From Eledone cirrhosa (taxonomy: Eukaryota): DNA of 64,000 bases. Positions 60,380 through 64,000 of this stretch are shown one piece after another. The DNA lies in NCBI GenBank assembly GCA_964016885.1, contig OZ024754.1, positions 1,984,001 through 2,048,000 of the forward strand, read 5' to 3'. Made by a program: the position numbers and the translations under genes. Each line of letters begins with the position of its first letter. Within the stretch, counting starts at the first letter, position 1. The notes beneath the pieces are model-generated. The model was given only the letters and a program-made list of their open reading frames with translations. It was not told where the DNA came from and did no database searches.

Positions 60380-60556
60380 CCTTGCTTAAATCTGTTGCTT
60401 CCGTCTGTTAGTACCTTTGTAGTCAGCGGCAGGTTTGAGATTCGTGAGTTGGAATGGCTTTTCCAGCGCATCTCTCTTACCAGCCTCCGGGGAAACGCCT
60501 TCTCCATCCTGTCCGCCAGGGGCTGTGGGACCCCATTTGCTCACCATACGGATTAA
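60380..60556 (+). mobile_element. CRE-like (RLE-type) non-LTR retrotransposon C-terminal fragment
   Basis: Frame 60437-60556 reads EIRELEWLFQRISLTSLRGNAFSIL...*, resembling the FQRxSxAxQRGNA terminal motif of CRE-like elements. Locally GC-rich. Confidence 0.65.
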
Positions 60557-60769
60557 TAGGCAAAGTTATAAACAATTGTAAATAAACCTATTTAATTGTT
60601 ACAAAAAAAAAACCAAAAAAAATAACGTCGTTATGTGGAGCGTTGAGACCAATTACACGCCAAGACAAAACCACGTTAATGGTATAAATGGAGTTATAAT
60701 AGACTGTTGTAGTTTCACTAATTCATGTATAGAATATCTATATGATTTTGAACTCAGAATTTATAACCT

Positions 60770-60905
60770 TCATCATCATTCTACTCATTTGTGGGCAGTC
60801 GGAACTCACTTGACAATCCCTTTCCACTCTGTTAGGTCCTGCATTTCTGTCCGCAGATCCCTTATGTCCAACACTGAGTCCTCATCTATGGTGTCTGGTA
60901 AAGTC
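60770..60905 (-). mobile_element. Old RTE-like LINE 3' end
   Basis: Minus strand reads TLPDTIDEDSVLDIRDLRTEMQDLTEWKGIV, then a TGATGATG tail. Confidence 0.55.
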
Positions 60906-61877
60906 AATTTTTGTGAATAGACACATCGAGAGGGATGCCCCAGAGGGAGAGATGAAATGATTTCTTTGTCGACTCGCTGACAGTGACCAGCAAACTGTAA
61001 CTGTAGCTAAATAGTATGAAGCTCTAACCAGTCTGCCATTCAATATTAAACAGAATATTAAAGAAGATGATAAAGGACGTCCTGCGTTGGTGAGGTGAGC
61101 TTTACAGTTGTTAGATCAATTGAAATCCTTTCTCTTTAATTTAATCATGACTCTTACAATTCTCAGCGAAATTCAGTCTGATATAGTTTGTAGCTATACT
61201 GACCCTTCCAATTAGAATTTAAATTCAAGGGCTTCGAAGCTGTTTCTATCTATCAAATTTAAACCACAATACATGCGTTGGCCCGAGGTTATTTAGGGTA
61301 AATAATTGGGATTGATCCGGAGAAATTAACGAATGAGGAGGAGCGAGCTTCTTAACAATTTAGCTATGATTATAAGCTAAAAAAGTACAGCGACAGTTCA
61401 ACTTGAACAAAAGATCAACTTCAGCGACAACAGTGATTATACAACACACAATGAAACAAGAAATAGATTTATAATTAATTATTCCTATAGACATTGACGA
61501 TATACAATAAATAATAATCTCGAAAATAGATTTAGACTTATTCATTCATATTTTAACCATATTTCTCCCATGTTTAGCTTTTGTTTCTTCTATATAATAT
61601 ATAACTTATACCTTATATATATTTATGAATTAAGCAGACGATATTAAGCATCACTCTCTCGTTTTCTCTCCCTCCCTCTCTCCTTCTCTCTCCCACTCAC
61701 TATCTCTTTCTCTCCCGCTCTCTCTCTCTCTCTCTCTCTCTATTTTTCTATCTCACCCCCCTCTCCCTCTTTATCTATCTTTCTATCCACATACACAAAC
61801 ACACATATATAATTACAGGTTTCATGTGTATATTTATTTACATTATTAATATATTTACACCATGTGTGCATGAATGC

Positions 61878-61923
<46 letters not shown>

Positions 61924-61998
61924 CTTGTGTGTGTATATGTGTATATATATGTTGTGTGTATGTATGTAAATATATATACAAGCATGCAAGCATGCATG

Positions 61999-62029
<31 letters not shown>

Positions 62030-62475
62030 ACATGTATGTATTTGTTTGTGTGTGTGTGCGCGCTTTGAAAATCATCGATACGTAGTATGATTGATAAGGT
62101 TTAATTATATATAGAATTACAATATGTATACACACTCAATAGGAGTGTATAAATTATCATATAAATTATCATATATATGTGTGTGTGTGTGTGTTTGTAT
62201 GTGAGAGTGTTTATGAGAGAGAGTGGGAAGAGAAACAGAGGAGGTGGTAGAGAGAGAGAGGGATATATATATATAGAGAGAGAGAGGGAGGGAGGGGGTG
62301 AGGGAATGAGAGAGAGGGGGACTGAAAGAGAGAGAGAGAGATGGAGGGAGAGTGAAATAAGAGACGGGGAGAGAGCATACAAGTGCTTACACTTTCTGCA
62401 GACACTAACACACACACATTTTCATACATAGTTACTTTCATACGTATGTACATACATATATACACACATATATAT

Positions 62476-62673
62476 ATAGGAAAAAATATGACCCCGACGG
62501 CAGAGCTCAAGCCGTTTCAACGGCTATTTCTGGACTAGTCCAGAAATAGCCGTCGAAACGGCTTGAGATCGGCCGTCGGGGTCATACTTTTTCCTATTTC
62601 CCATTCTACTACCCTAAGTATTGAGTACTCTGGTGCGTTATGGTCCATCTGGTTCCTTACCACAATTCCTTTG

Positions 62674-62675
<2 letters not shown>
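62476..62675 (+). mobile_element. Family F mini-element, most complete copy 4
   Basis: ~61-bp loopless palindrome at 62476-62597 centred on ACTAGT, then a tail with ATTGAGTACT ending at (TA)n. Confidence 0.8.
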
Positions 62676-62713
<38 letters not shown>

Positions 62714-62721
62714 AGAGAGAG

Positions 62722-62761
<40 letters not shown>

Positions 62762-62801
62762 GATATTAAACAAATGGAAATTACATTTATAAAACCATAT
62801 T

Positions 62802-62867
62802 TATTTCATTATATATATTTCAGGGATATCATATTAAAAATATGGTATGCCCTCTTCAGACAAAATA
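62802..62867 (-). ncRNA. Type I hammerhead ribozyme (family C copy within 62761-62908)
   Basis: Minus strand reads TATTTTGT-CTGAAGA-GGGCATACCATATT-TTT-AATATGATATCCCT-GAAA-TATATA-TA-ATGAAATA. Confidence 0.78.
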
Positions 62868-64000
62868 CAATATATAGACAGTTTTATAAATAAATTTGAC
62901 ATACCTTAGAGTTTACAACTTCCATTTAAAAAGTTGTTACGGTAGTGAAAATGTTAAGGACGGTTAGAAAGAAGTTTTTTTTTAATGATTTCTGCTAAAT
63001 AAGTTTGGTGAATAATTTTGGTTTTGTTTGCTTTTGACTCTGATTGCTTCTAATAAACTTGGCAATATTGTCAAATAAATTGGAGGGATTGATTGATATG
63101 CTGGGCACACTGTGTTTTTATTACGGCCCTAGATATTCTGGGGAGAAAAATATTCTTGGCGTTTTTAATATTTTAATATATTGATATCTGTTCTATTCTA
63201 TGCTTGTACGATATTCATGTAAGAAAGGGCAAGAATATTATTATTATTAATAATGTATATTTTATGTATATATATATGTATGTACACTTATGTGTATGGT
63301 AAAATCTTTTTAACGCAATGAAGAGTTCCATGTTAAATTAAAATTTACAGAGCTGATCATGTAAACTCACATGTGTCTATAATGTCAGTTTGAGATAACC
63401 TCTTTTTCTTTCTCTTTTCTCTTTTTTCATGAAAATACATATATACCTATGTATTCCAGTATTTTTTGAGGTTTTATCTCAGATTTTGATTATAAACCTA
63501 TGAATTTTTAAAATAAACATATAGTCACTATTTTTTCACACATTATTGATATGTGTCTCATTCATGAATATTGATGTTTACATTATAATTCATAGGAATT
63601 GATAGACTGATGAAACATAATATTTTAAAACTATCATTTTTGTTTCTAAGTATATCTCCTCTCCTCCTCCCTTCTACTCTTATATCGGCTGTTTTAACTC
63701 CATCTCCTGTATATCACCCCTCCCCTATCTCTCCCACCTCGTATAATAGATATTACTCGATCTACCTCTCATTTATTTTTGTTTTTATTTCTCCCCGTAT
63801 CCTTAACACTAAATAAATAAATAAACAAATGAATAATTACAGTAGCCTCTTCCCTCATAGATCTCTCATTTGGTGGTTTTCCCTTTACATACATTTCTTC
63901 ATCTTCTTCACCTTCCGCTCTTTTTTCTTTTTTTCTTTTCTCCTTTTTTCCTTTTTTCCCCGTCTTTCTTTCTAACCGTCCTTAACATTTTCACTACCGT

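Overview
AT-rich, microsatellite-saturated eukaryotic DNA that is intronic or intergenic. It is most likely from an octopod cephalopod, inferred from the tRNA-derived Meta-core SINE and the repeat landscape. I could not support any intact protein-coding gene; nearly all long ORFs in the track are (TA)n/(TACA)n artefacts. The window holds a ~7 kb (TA)-derived satellite (8.47-15.47 kb), about 15 SINE copies or fragments, decayed LINE fragments (R4/Dong-, RTE-, Tx1/L1- and CRE-like) and MITEs (piggyBac- and Tc1/mariner-like). The most notable signal is a set of roughly ten unrelated families of small (100-750 bp) non-coding elements, mostly inserted in (TA)n tracts. Many share one design: a 5' fold-back inverted arm, a minimal type I hammerhead ribozyme motif (CUGANGA...GAAA..UH), and a 3' tail with a shared RTYGAGYNCT motif abutting (TA)n. 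They are best interpreted as non-autonomous Penelope-like retroelements or retrozymes. They include a hammerhead with a ~90-nt stem II and several core variants. All calls were made by eye, with no searches or folding programs.
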